From: a virus
UHGV virus genome: UHGV-0113213
Strand: one strand, 5' to 3'
Length of the DNA stretch: 52,407 nucleotides
The position numbers were made by a program, and so were the translations under genes. Position 1 is the stretch's first letter. The number at the start of each line of letters is the position of its first letter. This document shows positions 1-9,764 of the stretch, piece after piece. A model generated the notes under the pieces. The model worked only from the letters and a program-made list of their open reading frames with translations, was not told the DNA's origin and made no database searches.

Positions 1-546
1 TATCCAGCGAATCATTAAAGGGTATCCACACATCCGGCAGCGGCTGTAAAACATACGCGTAAGGCTGCGCCGTCTGATTGGCGTATTCGTGGGCTTCGTC
101 TCTGTATGTCTTAGCTGAATCGGCTGCGCTTGTCGCTGTTGTTGCAGCGTTGGTTGCAGTGGTAGCTGATTGTGATGCTAATTTTGAGGCTGAAATCACA
201 TCTTTGTTGTCGCTAAAAAATTCAACTGCGTCCGCTATTTCTGATTCTTTGCCCTGATAGTAACGCAGTGTTTCGGCTACATCCTGAGCAAGACCATCCA
301 CAGAGATCGAATCTGAAAGCAGGATACTAAATTTAGTTCCAGCCGGAATAGCAGGACTTGCCGCAGGTGTTACTGATAAACTTGTTGCGCTTTTTACCTC
401 TGTGATTGAGAAAATCTGCACCGGATTGCTAATGGCAATAAGGGTGCAACCAACCCTGATCAGAGATAATGCGGCATTGAATTCAGTCCCCGTTCCGGTA
501 ACTGTTTTTCCGCTAACGGCTATCGTGCCTGTTGTGTAAATCATCG
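1..546 (-). CDS. side tail fibre protein, N-terminal part (gene runs off window start)
   Basis: ATG at 546 with GGAG RBS. N-terminus MIYTTGTIAVSGKTVTGTGTEF followed by an Ala/Ser/Thr-rich collar typical of phage tail fibres. ORF is open to position 1. Confidence 0.55.
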
Positions 547-583
547 CAATGACTCCATTATGTTAATTAACCTGGTAATTTTA

Positions 584-627
584 CCATTTTGTGATCTGTG
601 TTACATTTCTGGCTTATACAAAATGTA
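584..627. promoter_or_regulatory. divergent promoter region: CRP-like palindrome (590-605) plus CCATTTTGT/TATACAAAATG motif copies
   Basis: TGTGATCTGTGTTACA fits TGTGA-N6-TCACA. About 45 bp is homologous to 12160-12191, upstream of the other lipoprotein moron. Confidence 0.45.
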
Positions 628-721
628 TTTATTGATTTATATCAATATCCGAAATGTTGTTTTGTCGGATATTTAAGCCACCGGATGAACCTGGCGAGCT
701 AACGAGAATGGGGATTCAAAA

Positions 722-970
722 ATGAAAAACATGCTCAAAGTGGTATTATTCGCTGCGGCTGTTGCTCTTACTGGTTGTGCTGTTGACAAAGATGCTGCAT
801 TGCACAACCTGCCAAATAGCGGAGTAATTCCTCAAGAAATTGTCTATGATGCTAATGGTCATCTTGTCTATGACACTGAAAAACTTCCATATACTGGTCA
901 ATGGTGTCATGAACTAGATCACAATATGCGCCGCATCGGTAGCCCGTCGAATTGTGTAGCTAACTACTAA
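722..970 (+). CDS. small lipoprotein (moron; possible Cor-like superinfection exclusion protein)
   Basis: Signal peptide plus lipobox LTGC. Inserted between two tail fibre genes, with its own promoter and terminator. Confidence 0.55.
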   Translation: MKNMLKVVLFAAAVALTGCAVDKDAALHNLPNSGVIPQEIVYDANGHLVYDTEKLPYTGQWCHELDHNMRRIGSPSNCVANY

Positions 971-974
971 AAGA

Positions 975-1003
975 AAACCCCGCGCAAAGCGGGGTTATTT
1001 TTA
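975..1003. terminator. bidirectional rho-independent terminator
   Basis: CCCCGCgcaaaGCGGGG hairpin flanked by A-run and T-run. Confidence 0.7.
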
Positions 1004-4000
1004 TGACCACGATCCAGAGCTTCTTGTGACAAGGACTAGGCCTGGTCTCCTTATTGCCGCTGATGATGTATTTGTGTAGTTTTCTGTAACAGTTACGGAA
1101 ACATGCTGAGATGTAATACCTGAAACACAATGAACGGCAACGTCTGACTTGTGGGGCGTTGATGCCGCCCTTTCTATGTCTATAGTCTTTGAATTTCCGT
1201 TAATGTTTATGGTTACGTTAATGCGTCCCGACTGGTTATATGTATAGTAAGCAAGGTTATAAGGTATCATTACATAAACCGTTTTCGATAAAGCAGATGA
1301 TGATGAATCCCAATAATTTTTGGTTACACTCCTGCTACCTGACCCTGATTGCGCAGGGAATGTTGCCTCTGGAATTACTGACATACTCGCAACGTCACCA
1401 ACAAAGGATGTAGCTTCTACAGTGCCTCTGAATTTACCGTCAGTCGCGTAAACAGTACCGTTAAACACACCAGAATTAGCGTATACCGTGCCGCGTACTG
1501 TAACGTTGTTAAATGTAGCCCAGCCATCTTTAACTATTGCCCAACCTTGATCGCTACCGTTCCAATTGTATGACGTTATGACATTGCCTATTTTTGCATT
1601 GTCGATTGAACCGTCTTTAATAAACGCTTCGCGCACATACATTGCGCCGTTAGTGACATAGAAAGGTGTCTGATATGTGCCGTTTGCGGCAGTCATTAAC
1701 ACGAATCGGTCAACAAGGAAAATGCACTGCGATTGAACATCAGTACCGCTGCCAGTGAGGCCAAGTGACATTCCTGTTGCGTATTTCATACCGTTGTTAT
1801 CAGTGGCAATCTTGATTGAATATGACGCATCAACGTTACCTTTAAAATCGGTTAACGCTTTCGATGTTGTCTCGATCGCTGTTGTGTTTCCGTTAACGGT
1901 CACTTTCAATTGATCAATTTTTGTCGATAATGCCTCATCTGCCGTTGACATGGCCTGCGACCATTCCGTGATGCTTGAGTTTACATCGTCGAAAGATGCC
2001 GATATTTGAACAAATTTTTCAGCACTTGATGCCTCGTGAGTTGCGAGCGCCGTTGATATATCTGTTATTTTTGCTGAAATGTTTTCATTAATATTGGCTT
2101 CAAGTGATGCTATAGCCTCCGCGCGGGCCTGTGTTTCGTCTGCTATTGCTGTGTCAATCCTTGCTATTTCCGCTTTTGTTTTTATCTGGCCTTTCCTGTA
2201 TTTTGCCTCAATAACGGTGCTCATCTTGCTTTGCGCTATTGAGTTGTTGATAAGTGCAATCGAGGCGTTTTGCAGACTTGCTTTCGCCTGTTCTATCTTG
2301 TCACTGTTTTTATCAACATCACTTTCAACAGAACCAAGCTCCGCACTGATGCCTGATATTGCCTGGGCGCGAGCGCTTGATTCGTCGGCGATAGCTTGAT
2401 CAAGGCGGCTAACACTGGCATTTGTGCTATTTTCAAGCGTTGTTAAATCAGCTTTAACATCTGTTATTGCGTCGCTTCTTGCCTGCGTTTCATCTGATAT
2501 TGCTTTATCGAGACGAGAAACGCTCGCGTCAGTTTTGTTTTCCAGGCTGCTGATACTGGCGTTAACGTTGCTTATAGCCTCCGTTCTAGCCTGCGTTTCG
2601 GTTGCGATTGCTTTGTCAACGCGGGCGATTTCCCCTTTGGTGCTGGAGTCCATTGCGTTCATTTCTGCTGTGATGGTTTCCAGTGATTCCGCTGTCGCTT
2701 TTTTCTCATCTGCGATAACGTTGTCGATACGGTCAATCTGTGCCTTTGTTTCGTTGCGACCTTTCTTATATTGAGCGGTAAGAGTAACCCGCGTGTTAGT
2801 TTGAGCAAGCGAGTTGTTGATCAGAGCAAGCGAAGCGTTTTGTAAACTTGCTTTTGTCTGTGCCAGTTCGTTATTAACGTTTTCGTTTGATACCTCTAAT
2901 GAGTCTATTCTTACCTCATGTTTGCCTATTCCATCGGCGTTTTCTTCGACTTTTTTATAAAGGTCTTCGGTGTCTTTTTTAAGTGTATCTGTATCAGCTT
3001 TAAGGCCATCTGTAGCTGTTTTAAGGTCGGCGGTTGCTGTTTTAAGGTCGGCGGTTGCGCTTTCTATAATATCAGTGCGATCACCAAGATCCTTAATATC
3101 ACTTACCAATTCCTTAAATTGCTCTGAGTTCATCACGTCTTTGGTGACATAGTCGCTGATTTCATCGAAGTTTTCAGTTGGCTTACCTGACGCCTCAACG
3201 AAGTCTGACACGCCAAAGGCATTGCGCGTGCGCACATAAACGTAATAAGTATGGCCCGTGTTCATTCCACCGAACGTCCACTGATACCCGCGCCCGGTAA
3301 ACTGCGCAGACGTGGTTATTTTTGCAGGATCTGTAATCTGGTTTTTCCCTGCATAGTAGAACTCATACGCTGTATCAGTTGTTAGCGTTGTTTTGCTTAT
3401 CGGGTACACTGTAGCCTGAAATACACCTGGAACCCAGTTAACGCCTATTGGCGAGGCTGGTGCACCAATAACAAGATCAACAATACTTTCAGCGCCCTTC
3501 ATGCCAGTATCATTTCTTCCGCGAACGCCTAACGAATACGCGCCAGCGTCGATGCCATAAAAATCATAACTGTATTTCGTTGTTTCGTAGCTTTTAACAA
3601 CCGCACCATCTGTGTTATATATGCGGATCTCAAAGGTCATGCGATGTGTTGTTGTCTGTGTCTCCCATGTTGCGCGGCATTGAACCGTTTCAGATCCAAT
3701 GTTTACCACCTTCAGATTTTCAATGCTCGGCACGCGGAAGTGATTAAGCGTGTCGTTGTTGATTTCAAATATAGCGCCTTCATCGACTACTGCTTGTTTG
3801 TTCGGGTCATGTTGCGCTGCTTCGATGGTGTACACGCTGTTGTTTTCAGTTTCTGCTACGCTGATGATTCGACATAAAACGGGTTTTGCAGATTCGGTTG
3901 ATACAGCAAAAACAGTACCGTTCCGAATCCATGCCGGGGCTGCTGCCAGTGTGATTTTGTTCCCGTTAACACCAGTGATCTGATGTTTTTTAAATTTGCC

Positions 4001-5578
4001 ATCGCCATCAAGTAAACTGATGGTGTCGCCTGCTGCAATGTATTCTGAATCGACTTTATCGACCGTTATCACTTTCCCATTGTTCGCCACGATACGACCG
4101 CCTAAACGCGCGCCTGCGCGGTTATTGTCGAGGATCTCGATTATATCCCCTGGCGTAAAGTGAATCGCATCACGGGCCATTTTAAACGTGAATTTTGACG
4201 GCTCGCGTTTTGCTGTTTCTATCAGCCATTTACCAGCGCGGTGCGCTTGCCCGCGTGAAGTGCACCCGAACGCCTCCAACGTGGTTTCGTTATAACCATC
4301 ACGGGCGATTAGCTCATCATCTGCCACATACTCTTTTGATTGCTCCCAGCCGTTTTCCGGGTCAGTCCATGATACAATCACGGCGTTGTAGCATTCTGCT
4401 CGGGCGATACTTGAACGAGTGAACGCACCATCAACGACGTTTGCGTTTGTGATGGTGGCGATCGGGTCTTGTGGCGCATCAATCATCACGGTAAGGCGTT
4501 GTCCGTCCCATAACGCGATGCCTCGGAACATCCCGGCGATATTGTCCAGTAAATCGCGGGCGCTCATTTGCTCTGTAATGTAAGCATTAAGCGTCATGCG
4601 AGGCTCAAGGCCACCGTAACCATCATCAACCAACTGGTCGCAGTATCGGGAGAGCGTATATAATGCGCCGTCGTCAACGTCAATATAGCCAGCATGGCGG
4701 GCAAGACCGAAACGCTCGTTTTTAACCAGGTAACGGAAGATCCACGCGGGGTTATTGGTGTACGCCTTCTTGAAGCCGCCAAGCCACAAACCGGAATAAG
4801 TGCGCGTTTCCGGGCTATAGTTATCAGGAACGTCAACAATCAGCCCGCGCAGGTGATAAGTGCGGGTAGGTGTATCAGTGTACTGATCATGATCAATAAC
4901 CGCGCCAGCTACAGCTGTGTGGGGATATGACAAATTATCGTCGATTATTTCGCTGTAACTACTCCATCTCGTATCATTCTGCAATAGATCGCTTGTGCTA
5001 TCGGCCGTTACACGGCGAACGCGAATATCAAACGGCTTTTCATCTGGTGCATTGATAATATGCGCTTCAAGATATTCTCCTCTGATCTTGCCGGGGCCTA
5101 TAGTGACATCTTTAACAAGCGTCCACGTAGAAGAAGATGAAGGCTTGACATCAATCATCATCATAACCGATGTGTTATGTTGATTGCTTTGCTCGTCAGA
5201 TTGTACAAGTGAATCGACGCCGATATTCAGGCGAACGCGCGTAACGTTAGGATCTGATACAGTCCTGATTATTGGGGTATCGTGTTTCACCTGAGCGTTA
5301 ACAATAACGGTTGATTCAATGGCGTTAAAACCGTTAATAGGTGATTGATCTAACGTGCCGTTACGCCACGCCACGCTAACACCAGGGACACTTGTATTGC
5401 CGTTCGCGTCTGTAACAGGTGTATCATTAAGCATCACGCTATTTAATGGCGCTTTTGTATTTACAGGTCCATAAATCGGACCTTCAGAAATAATATCAAG
5501 TACACGATAAAATTGTTTATGGTATAGATTATCGTTAATTAAAGTCGGTGTTTTTGCTTTACCGCCGCCGCTACTCAT
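1001..5578 (-). CDS. J: host specificity / tip attachment protein J-like, with ~400 aa coiled-coil insertion
   Basis: N-terminus and central regions align with lambda gpJ (MSSGGGKAKTP..., LNDTPV, GCTSRGQAHRAGKWLI). 1525 aa versus 1132 aa in lambda. Confidence 0.85.
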   Translation of the reverse strand: MSSGGGKAKTPTLINDNLYHKQFYRVLDIISEGPIYGPVNTKAPLNSVMLNDTPVTDANGNTSVPGVSVAWRNGTLDQSPINGFNAIESTVIVNAQVKHDTPIIRTVSDPNVTRVRLNIGVDSLVQSDEQSNQHNTSVMMMIDVKPSSSSTWTLVKDVTIGPGKIRGEYLEAHIINAPDEKPFDIRVRRVTADSTSDLLQNDTRWSSYSEIIDDNLSYPHTAVAGAVIDHDQYTDTPTRTYHLRGLIVDVPDNYSPETRTYSGLWLGGFKKAYTNNPAWIFRYLVKNERFGLARHAGYIDVDDGALYTLSRYCDQLVDDGYGGLEPRMTLNAYITEQMSARDLLDNIAGMFRGIALWDGQRLTVMIDAPQDPIATITNANVVDGAFTRSSIARAECYNAVIVSWTDPENGWEQSKEYVADDELIARDGYNETTLEAFGCTSRGQAHRAGKWLIETAKREPSKFTFKMARDAIHFTPGDIIEILDNNRAGARLGGRIVANNGKVITVDKVDSEYIAAGDTISLLDGDGKFKKHQITGVNGNKITLAAAPAWIRNGTVFAVSTESAKPVLCRIISVAETENNSVYTIEAAQHDPNKQAVVDEGAIFEINNDTLNHFRVPSIENLKVVNIGSETVQCRATWETQTTTHRMTFEIRIYNTDGAVVKSYETTKYSYDFYGIDAGAYSLGVRGRNDTGMKGAESIVDLVIGAPASPIGVNWVPGVFQATVYPISKTTLTTDTAYEFYYAGKNQITDPAKITTSAQFTGRGYQWTFGGMNTGHTYYVYVRTRNAFGVSDFVEASGKPTENFDEISDYVTKDVMNSEQFKELVSDIKDLGDRTDIIESATADLKTATADLKTATDGLKADTDTLKKDTEDLYKKVEENADGIGKHEVRIDSLEVSNENVNNELAQTKASLQNASLALINNSLAQTNTRVTLTAQYKKGRNETKAQIDRIDNVIADEKKATAESLETITAEMNAMDSSTKGEIARVDKAIATETQARTEAISNVNASISSLENKTDASVSRLDKAISDETQARSDAITDVKADLTTLENSTNASVSRLDQAIADESSARAQAISGISAELGSVESDVDKNSDKIEQAKASLQNASIALINNSIAQSKMSTVIEAKYRKGQIKTKAEIARIDTAIADETQARAEAIASLEANINENISAKITDISTALATHEASSAEKFVQISASFDDVNSSITEWSQAMSTADEALSTKIDQLKVTVNGNTTAIETTSKALTDFKGNVDASYSIKIATDNNGMKYATGMSLGLTGSGTDVQSQCIFLVDRFVLMTAANGTYQTPFYVTNGAMYVREAFIKDGSIDNAKIGNVITSYNWNGSDQGWAIVKDGWATFNNVTVRGTVYANSGVFNGTVYATDGKFRGTVEATSFVGDVASMSVIPEATFPAQSGSGSRSVTKNYWDSSSSALSKTVYVMIPYNLAYYTYNQSGRINVTININGNSKTIDIERAASTPHKSDVAVHCVSGITSQHVSVTVTENYTNTSSAAIRRPGLVLVTRSSGSWS
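2080..2760. repeat. ~108-bp imperfect tandem repeats inside J (coiled-coil heptad units D(K/Q)AIxxExxAR...ASVSRLD)
   Basis: Five to six protein-level repeats visible in the translation, with corresponding DNA periodicity. Confidence 0.6.
3015..3056. repeat. perfect 21-bp tandem duplication inside J
   Basis: gctgttttaaggtcggcggtt occurs twice; encodes ATADLKT twice. Confidence 0.85.
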
Positions 5579-5592
5579 GGTTAATTCTCCTG

Positions 5593-6123
5593 TTAACTTA
5601 CAACGTCTAAGGCGTCTTTATTGTTTGTTGTGTCTATGCCTAACGATCCGACGTTTGAACCTACTTTCATTTCTCCTAATAGGATTGGCACTGGTCTACC
5701 CTGTCCTACCCTGTTTTCTATGCTGGTGTAAGTGTTATTAGTTATGGTGTTATCCTGCGCGCTTTCTGATGATGTTTTTACCTTCATGTTGCGAGACATA
5801 AAAATAGAAAAAGCGACGCTGACAACTGATATACCAATCATAATCCAGCCAATCACACCAATACCTGCAATACCACCTTCAACTATTGGCGCAATAATTA
5901 CCGTAGTTCCATCTGGATATTTGCTATTAACAGCCGCTGGCGCGGTCTTTTCGTTGTAATCTTTCCCGGCAATTCGTAAGCGCAAAGGTGTATTTAAAAA
6001 CGCCTTTTTAAATTCCTGATTCTGCGCGGTCAATAAGCGAAGCCCTTGCGCTGGCGTTTCAACGTTTAAACACACTTTGCTGTAATATCTTCGAAGATTG
6101 CCCGTAAATCTAAATTTGAGCAT
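5593..6123 (-). CDS. I: tail assembly protein I-like
   Basis: Similarity to lambda gpI; hydrophobic G/A-rich core and C-terminus EMKVGSNV. Confidence 0.7.
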   Translation of the reverse strand: MLKFRFTGNLRRYYSKVCLNVETPAQGLRLLTAQNQEFKKAFLNTPLRLRIAGKDYNEKTAPAAVNSKYPDGTTVIIAPIVEGGIAGIGVIGWIMIGISVVSVAFSIFMSRNMKVKTSSESAQDNTITNNTYTSIENRVGQGRPVPILLGEMKVGSNVGSLGIDTTNNKDALDVVS

Positions 6124-6797
6124 TTATCAGATCTCCATATTGAATGCGTTTGTCGAACATAAGCAGGCCGCATTTGCTCGCGGCGGCTTAATAATCCGGC
6201 ATGGTCATGATGCAAAACCGTGTTATCACCCAGGTAAATCATTGCGTGACACGGGTCAGCGCCTTTGAATGGCTGGCGAATGATCACATCACCAGGCTGT
6301 ATGCTTTGCGCATCAACCTGATAAAACCCGTTCAATGGCAGGTTTTTTAAATACAGGTTTTCACCGCGAAGCCACCAGCCATCAAGGCGCTCGAAGTCAG
6401 GCAGATCTACACCGCAAAGGTGATATGCGTCGCGGAAAAGCGCGTAACAGTCTGTCGTTCCGTGTACGAATTTACGGCCTAGCAGGTGCGCAACCGGACG
6501 GAATTTCCTGATCTTGCCGCCGGAATATAAAAACCAGGGTAGCCCGGAAATAACCTGTTGCTGTCGATCCCGCGCTGACAATACAGGAATATCACCAACG
6601 TGGGAGTGGAAAACGGCGGTTATAACGCCCAATTCGTCCGCCTTGATGTAATCGTCCGGCGAAATCTTGAAGCTGTTGTAAGGCGTTTCAGACACGTTAG
6701 CGCACGGGTAAAAATACTCGTTATCTATTACAAGTCCGCAAACTTCCTCAAACGGATGCGCGGCGGCATAACGCGACATTTTGTCTTCCATCCCCAT
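6066..6797 (-). CDS. K: tail assembly protein K-like (NlpC/P60 + MPN)
   Basis: Aligns with lambda gpK (HSH..., DCY.LFRDAYH, QPGD). Start chosen at the ATG overlapping the L stop (TAATCATGG). Confidence 0.75.
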   Translation of the reverse strand: MGMEDKMSRYAAAHPFEEVCGLVIDNEYFYPCANVSETPYNSFKISPDDYIKADELGVITAVFHSHVGDIPVLSARDRQQQVISGLPWFLYSGGKIRKFRPVAHLLGRKFVHGTTDCYALFRDAYHLCGVDLPDFERLDGWWLRGENLYLKNLPLNGFYQVDAQSIQPGDVIIRQPFKGADPCHAMIYLGDNTVLHHDHAGLLSRREQMRPAYVRQTHSIWRSDKCSNLDLRAIFEDITAKCV

Positions 6798-6799
6798 GA

Positions 6800-7504
6800 T
6801 TAACCTACCTTGCTGGAACCAGGGAAACAGGAGATCGGCAGTGCTGCCGGACGCGGGAAACGCAAACGGCAACCGCTAAGGCGGTGGCTGCATTTGTCTA
6901 ACGTTGGGTCACTTGTTGGTGTATCTTTATCAGTTGCGACCGGGCCGCCAGAATACATGCACCCGTCGCCTCTGTATTGCCACTGACAAACGTCAGCAAG
7001 GATGGTGCGCCCTGGGATAACGGCTTTATCTGCATCAATTGGCGTTGACAATTCATATTGCACCTGATCCGCTGTTTCTTCGCTCATTGCTTCAACGACG
7101 TAAAAAGATACAGCCTCAATAGATGGATCTGCGTCTGGATTGCCGTTAGGGAAGTTAACGGCGTCCAGGTATTTAACCTCCACCTGGCGGCGCGTAACCT
7201 TCATGCCTCTTAGGTCGTTGAAATCGTTATTCATCCCCGTAATGAGTCCGCCGATGTTGGCTACAACCATTTGAGGGCGCGAATAAACGCCTTCGTTTTT
7301 CATTTCGAAGCCAGTAGCCTCGATCGGGTAGCTGTTGTAAGCCACACCCTTCCAGATAACCGGGCCGTAATAGCCATTCGCGCCGGAATGGAAGCGGATA
7401 ACCTCGCCACCCAGGGGCGTGAGGTCTAATTCAAACAAGTCAATTACCGCGCCGACTCCGGCATCGACGGAATCAATAATCATTTCTCTCGGAATATTGC
7501 GCAT
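6800..7504 (-). CDS. L: minor tail protein L-like
   Basis: Aligns with lambda gpL (LDAVNF.NGN, C.W.YRGD.C.YSG, DKCS..LSGC). Confidence 0.8.
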   Translation of the reverse strand: MRNIPREMIIDSVDAGVGAVIDLFELDLTPLGGEVIRFHSGANGYYGPVIWKGVAYNSYPIEATGFEMKNEGVYSRPQMVVANIGGLITGMNNDFNDLRGMKVTRRQVEVKYLDAVNFPNGNPDADPSIEAVSFYVVEAMSEETADQVQYELSTPIDADKAVIPGRTILADVCQWQYRGDGCMYSGGPVATDKDTPTSDPTLDKCSHRLSGCRLRFPRPAALPISCFPGSSKVG

Positions 7505-7522
7505 TTTCTCACCTTGTCATTC

Positions 7523-7558
7523 TGTGATCTGCGTCACGCTAAATCATACCAAAATGGA
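7523..7558. promoter_or_regulatory. CRP-like palindrome TGTGATCTGCGTCACG plus ATACCAAAATGGA motif
   Basis: The minus-strand reading gives TGgTATGAT, an extended -10 pointing into L. Confidence 0.4.
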
Positions 7559-7633
7559 TTGATCGCGGTTTTTACAATATGTATATTTTACTCAAACGGA
7601 AGCATAGTTAACAAAATGGCGCGGAGGTGCGTT

Positions 7634-7822
7634 ATGACTGAAAAGCTATGGAAGTTGACGGTATTCATGACAGACGGTAGGGAAAAGGTTATCGCCCTGT
7701 ATGACGACGAGGGTGAAGCATTGGTTGACGCGCTTTTACTTGCTGAGGATGACCGCCTTTTGGGATACCAGATCGAACCTGTCAAATATGAGGCTAACAA
7801 AAATGAAAAAATACAGTCTTGA
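7634..7822 (+). CDS. hypothetical small protein (moron gene A)
   Basis: GGAGG RBS. Paralogous to the N-terminal part of gene B (7803-8150). Confidence 0.5.
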   Translation: MTEKLWKLTVFMTDGREKVIALYDDEGEALVDALLLAEDDRLLGYQIEPVKYEANKNEKIQS

Positions 7823-8150
7823 TGTGTGGTTAAGTGGTAGCAAGGAGTGTTTCGGATTATTTGATAGCGAAGAAGTAGCCCTGGAAGAAGGCAGGATTCT
7901 TGAATGTAGTTTAGGCCATCCAGTGAAATATGCTGCTAATCCGGTACAGATAGTTGATGAGGTGGAAGATATGAACCCGAAAGATATTAATGGTAGCTTC
8001 ACTGCTTATTATGCAGATTCTATGGACCAGTCTTGCCCTGGTGAAATACACGCAAAAGGTTTCCCGGCTGACGATCCAGAAGCAAAACGCGAATACGAAA
8101 AAGCGGCGAAAGATTTCTGTATCGATAACCTTTCAGCATTCGATAAATAA
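7803..8150 (+). CDS. hypothetical protein (moron gene B)
   Basis: ATGA overlap with gene A; shares a ~50 aa domain with gene A. Confidence 0.5.
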   Translation: MKKYSLDVWLSGSKECFGLFDSEEVALEEGRILECSLGHPVKYAANPVQIVDEVEDMNPKDINGSFTAYYADSMDQSCPGEIHAKGFPADDPEAKREYEKAAKDFCIDNLSAFDK

Positions 8151-8159
8151 GGCGGCAAC

Positions 8160-8408
8160 ATGGGGCGGCGCAATCACGGTGATTATGTGTACACGTTGAA
8201 ACAGGCCGCCCGCCTCATCGGTTATCATGAACACGAATTTATTGATTTGCTGATTGAGCGCGGGATACTGTACCAGGTCTGTTTAACGCTGTACCCGAAA
8301 GCGAAATACCTACATGAAAAGTTATTCATCATCATGACGGATGAAAACCAGGTTAACCATTCATTCGTCACTGATAAGGGCGTTAATTATCTGCGTGATA
8401 ACTTATAG
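8160..8408 (+). CDS. hypothetical protein with possible HTH (moron gene C)
   Basis: YTLKQAARLIGYHEHEFIDLLIERGIL has a helix-turn-helix-like pattern. Confidence 0.4.
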   Translation: MGRRNHGDYVYTLKQAARLIGYHEHEFIDLLIERGILYQVCLTLYPKAKYLHEKLFIIMTDENQVNHSFVTDKGVNYLRDNL

Positions 8409-8534
8409 GTGACTGATTATAAAAATAAAAGTTTTGGCGCTAATAATAATGGGGTTGATAGTATTTGGCGTTCATGCTGTAGATCTGGACTGGAAAACGA
8501 TAGCAGAAAATATAGCATTAATGGAAATAGAATA

Positions 8535-8568
8535 AAAATAACCCCGCTTCGCGCGGGGTCGTGTTTAT
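8535..8568. terminator. bidirectional rho-independent terminator
   Basis: CCCCGCttcgcGCGGGG hairpin with flanking A/T runs. Confidence 0.7.
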
Positions 8569-8762
8569 ACGCCATCAACCAAAAATAAAACCTCCTTCCC
8601 TTCCCGGGATCTACACCCAACGTACCCATCACCAACGTCGTGAAGATACCATATATCGCCGTTGTCAGCTTTTACAGTAAGGTCGTTGATCTCATAGTCG
8701 TCAAACAATGTAAAAGCGTAAGTTTTGTCAACTACACAAGTCCCGTACATAACAACCCCCAT
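8565..8762 (-). CDS. hypothetical 65 aa protein
   Basis: TAATG coupling to M. Confidence 0.45.
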   Translation of the reverse strand: MGVVMYGTCVVDKTYAFTLFDDYEINDLTVKADNGDIWYLHDVGDGYVGCRSREGKEVLFLVDGV

Positions 8763-9115
8763 TAGCCAACAACTTGCTCAAACGTTGCGTTTAGCGTGTA
8801 CAAAGGCCCGTCTTTAGTCATACTCCATTGCCGACAGACAAAAAGCCTTTGCACGTTATCCATTGACGGCGACCAGTAAAAAGCCTCGACCGCGCCGCGC
8901 GCCCTCAAGAATGCTTCCGCCTGGATTGCTACGTTTCCACCATCACCACATCCGGCGCTACTGCCTTTAAACACCAGGGTGTAGCTATCAAGCAATGGAT
9001 TGATACCTTTTACCTGTCTTTGCTCATAACCATCGCCCAGCTTAACAACAGATACGTCTGGCTTCCTGGTCACGCTGTAGCTTCTTTGCGGCGTCCATCT
9101 GAACACTTCCGGCAT
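8762..9115 (-). CDS. M: minor tail protein M-like
   Basis: Aligns with lambda gpM (FRW.P....S....V.FGDGY.QR). Confidence 0.75.
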   Translation of the reverse strand: MPEVFRWTPQRSYSVTRKPDVSVVKLGDGYEQRQVKGINPLLDSYTLVFKGSSAGCGDGGNVAIQAEAFLRARGAVEAFYWSPSMDNVQRLFVCRQWSMTKDGPLYTLNATFEQVVG

Positions 9116-9129
9116 AAAACCCCCACAAG

Positions 9130-9172
9130 TTACATTTTGTATATATCTTTACGCGCTTCTACGCGAAAAATA
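9130..9172. promoter_or_regulatory. motif copy TTACATTTTGTATATA plus element TTTACGCGCTTCTACGCGAAAAATA
   Basis: The 25-bp element recurs with 2 mismatches at 21418-21442. Confidence 0.35.
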
Positions 9173-9200
9173 AGATCATTGTCACAATGATTATAGCTAG

Positions 9201-9213
9201 TTTACAAAATGGC
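9201..9213. promoter_or_regulatory. TTTACAAAATGGC motif copy
   Basis: Lies in the divergent region between M and the plus-strand moron. Confidence 0.35.
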
Positions 9214-9282
9214 TTCACATAGCACGCAACAAGATGTATATAGAAAGCAAGAAGAAAGTAGTACCAACGAAGGAGGCCCAAA

Positions 9283-9438
9283 ATGAAACGCTATGTAGTA
9301 GTAATGCTAAATAACGCATTCGAACAAGTGGAAATAGCAATCGTTAAGGGTTTCGACGACGCATTCAAATACGGTCAATTCATGATGAATGCGAAAGAAG
9401 ATGAATACCGGGACTTCTTCCTGAAGGCACTTAACTAA
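9283..9438 (+). CDS. hypothetical 51 aa protein (moron)
   Basis: Strong RBS GAAGGAGG; below the 60 aa ORF-track cutoff. Confidence 0.5.
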   Translation: MKRYVVVMLNNAFEQVEIAIVKGFDDAFKYGQFMMNAKEDEYRDFFLKALN

Positions 9439-9455
9439 GGATGATGGGGTGAGTT

Positions 9456-9710
9456 ATGAAACTGGTAGCGATTGACAGAAATCTGAAAGCACAGAAAAAC
9501 GCACAGGACCGGATCATCAAGAAAGGTAAGGAATTACTTAAAGCCTTTCTGAGAAAAGAAGTTTACCCCAAAAAGTTACGCGACGGTTACGGATACAAAA
9601 TGGATATCAATCTTGATTGGAGGCTGTTTAGCGAAGATTTGAAGGTTTGGTTAATTGTTGAGCACCGTGCCTATAACAAGTTATGTGGCGTGAAAGGCAC
9701 TCATAAGTGA
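9456..9710 (+). CDS. hypothetical basic 84 aa protein (moron; possible toxin-like partner)
   Basis: RBS present; K/R-rich; paired with the preceding gene. Confidence 0.45.
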   Translation: MKLVAIDRNLKAQKNAQDRIIKKGKELLKAFLRKEVYPKKLRDGYGYKMDINLDWRLFSEDLKVWLIVEHRAYNKLCGVKGTHK

Positions 9711-9764
9711 GTCGAGATATTCGAAAGGGGATATATCGCGCGGAATGGTCGTTTATAAATACGA

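Noticed and set aside
2079-3152. Plus-strand ORFs (2079-2399, 2424-2774, 2918-3152) inside J
   Set aside because: Antisense to the repetitive coiled-coil region of J; low-complexity translations, no RBS. They are shadow ORFs.
8417-8635. 72-aa minus-strand ORF
   Set aside because: Spans the bidirectional terminator hairpin and overlaps the 65-aa gene in another frame; no RBS.
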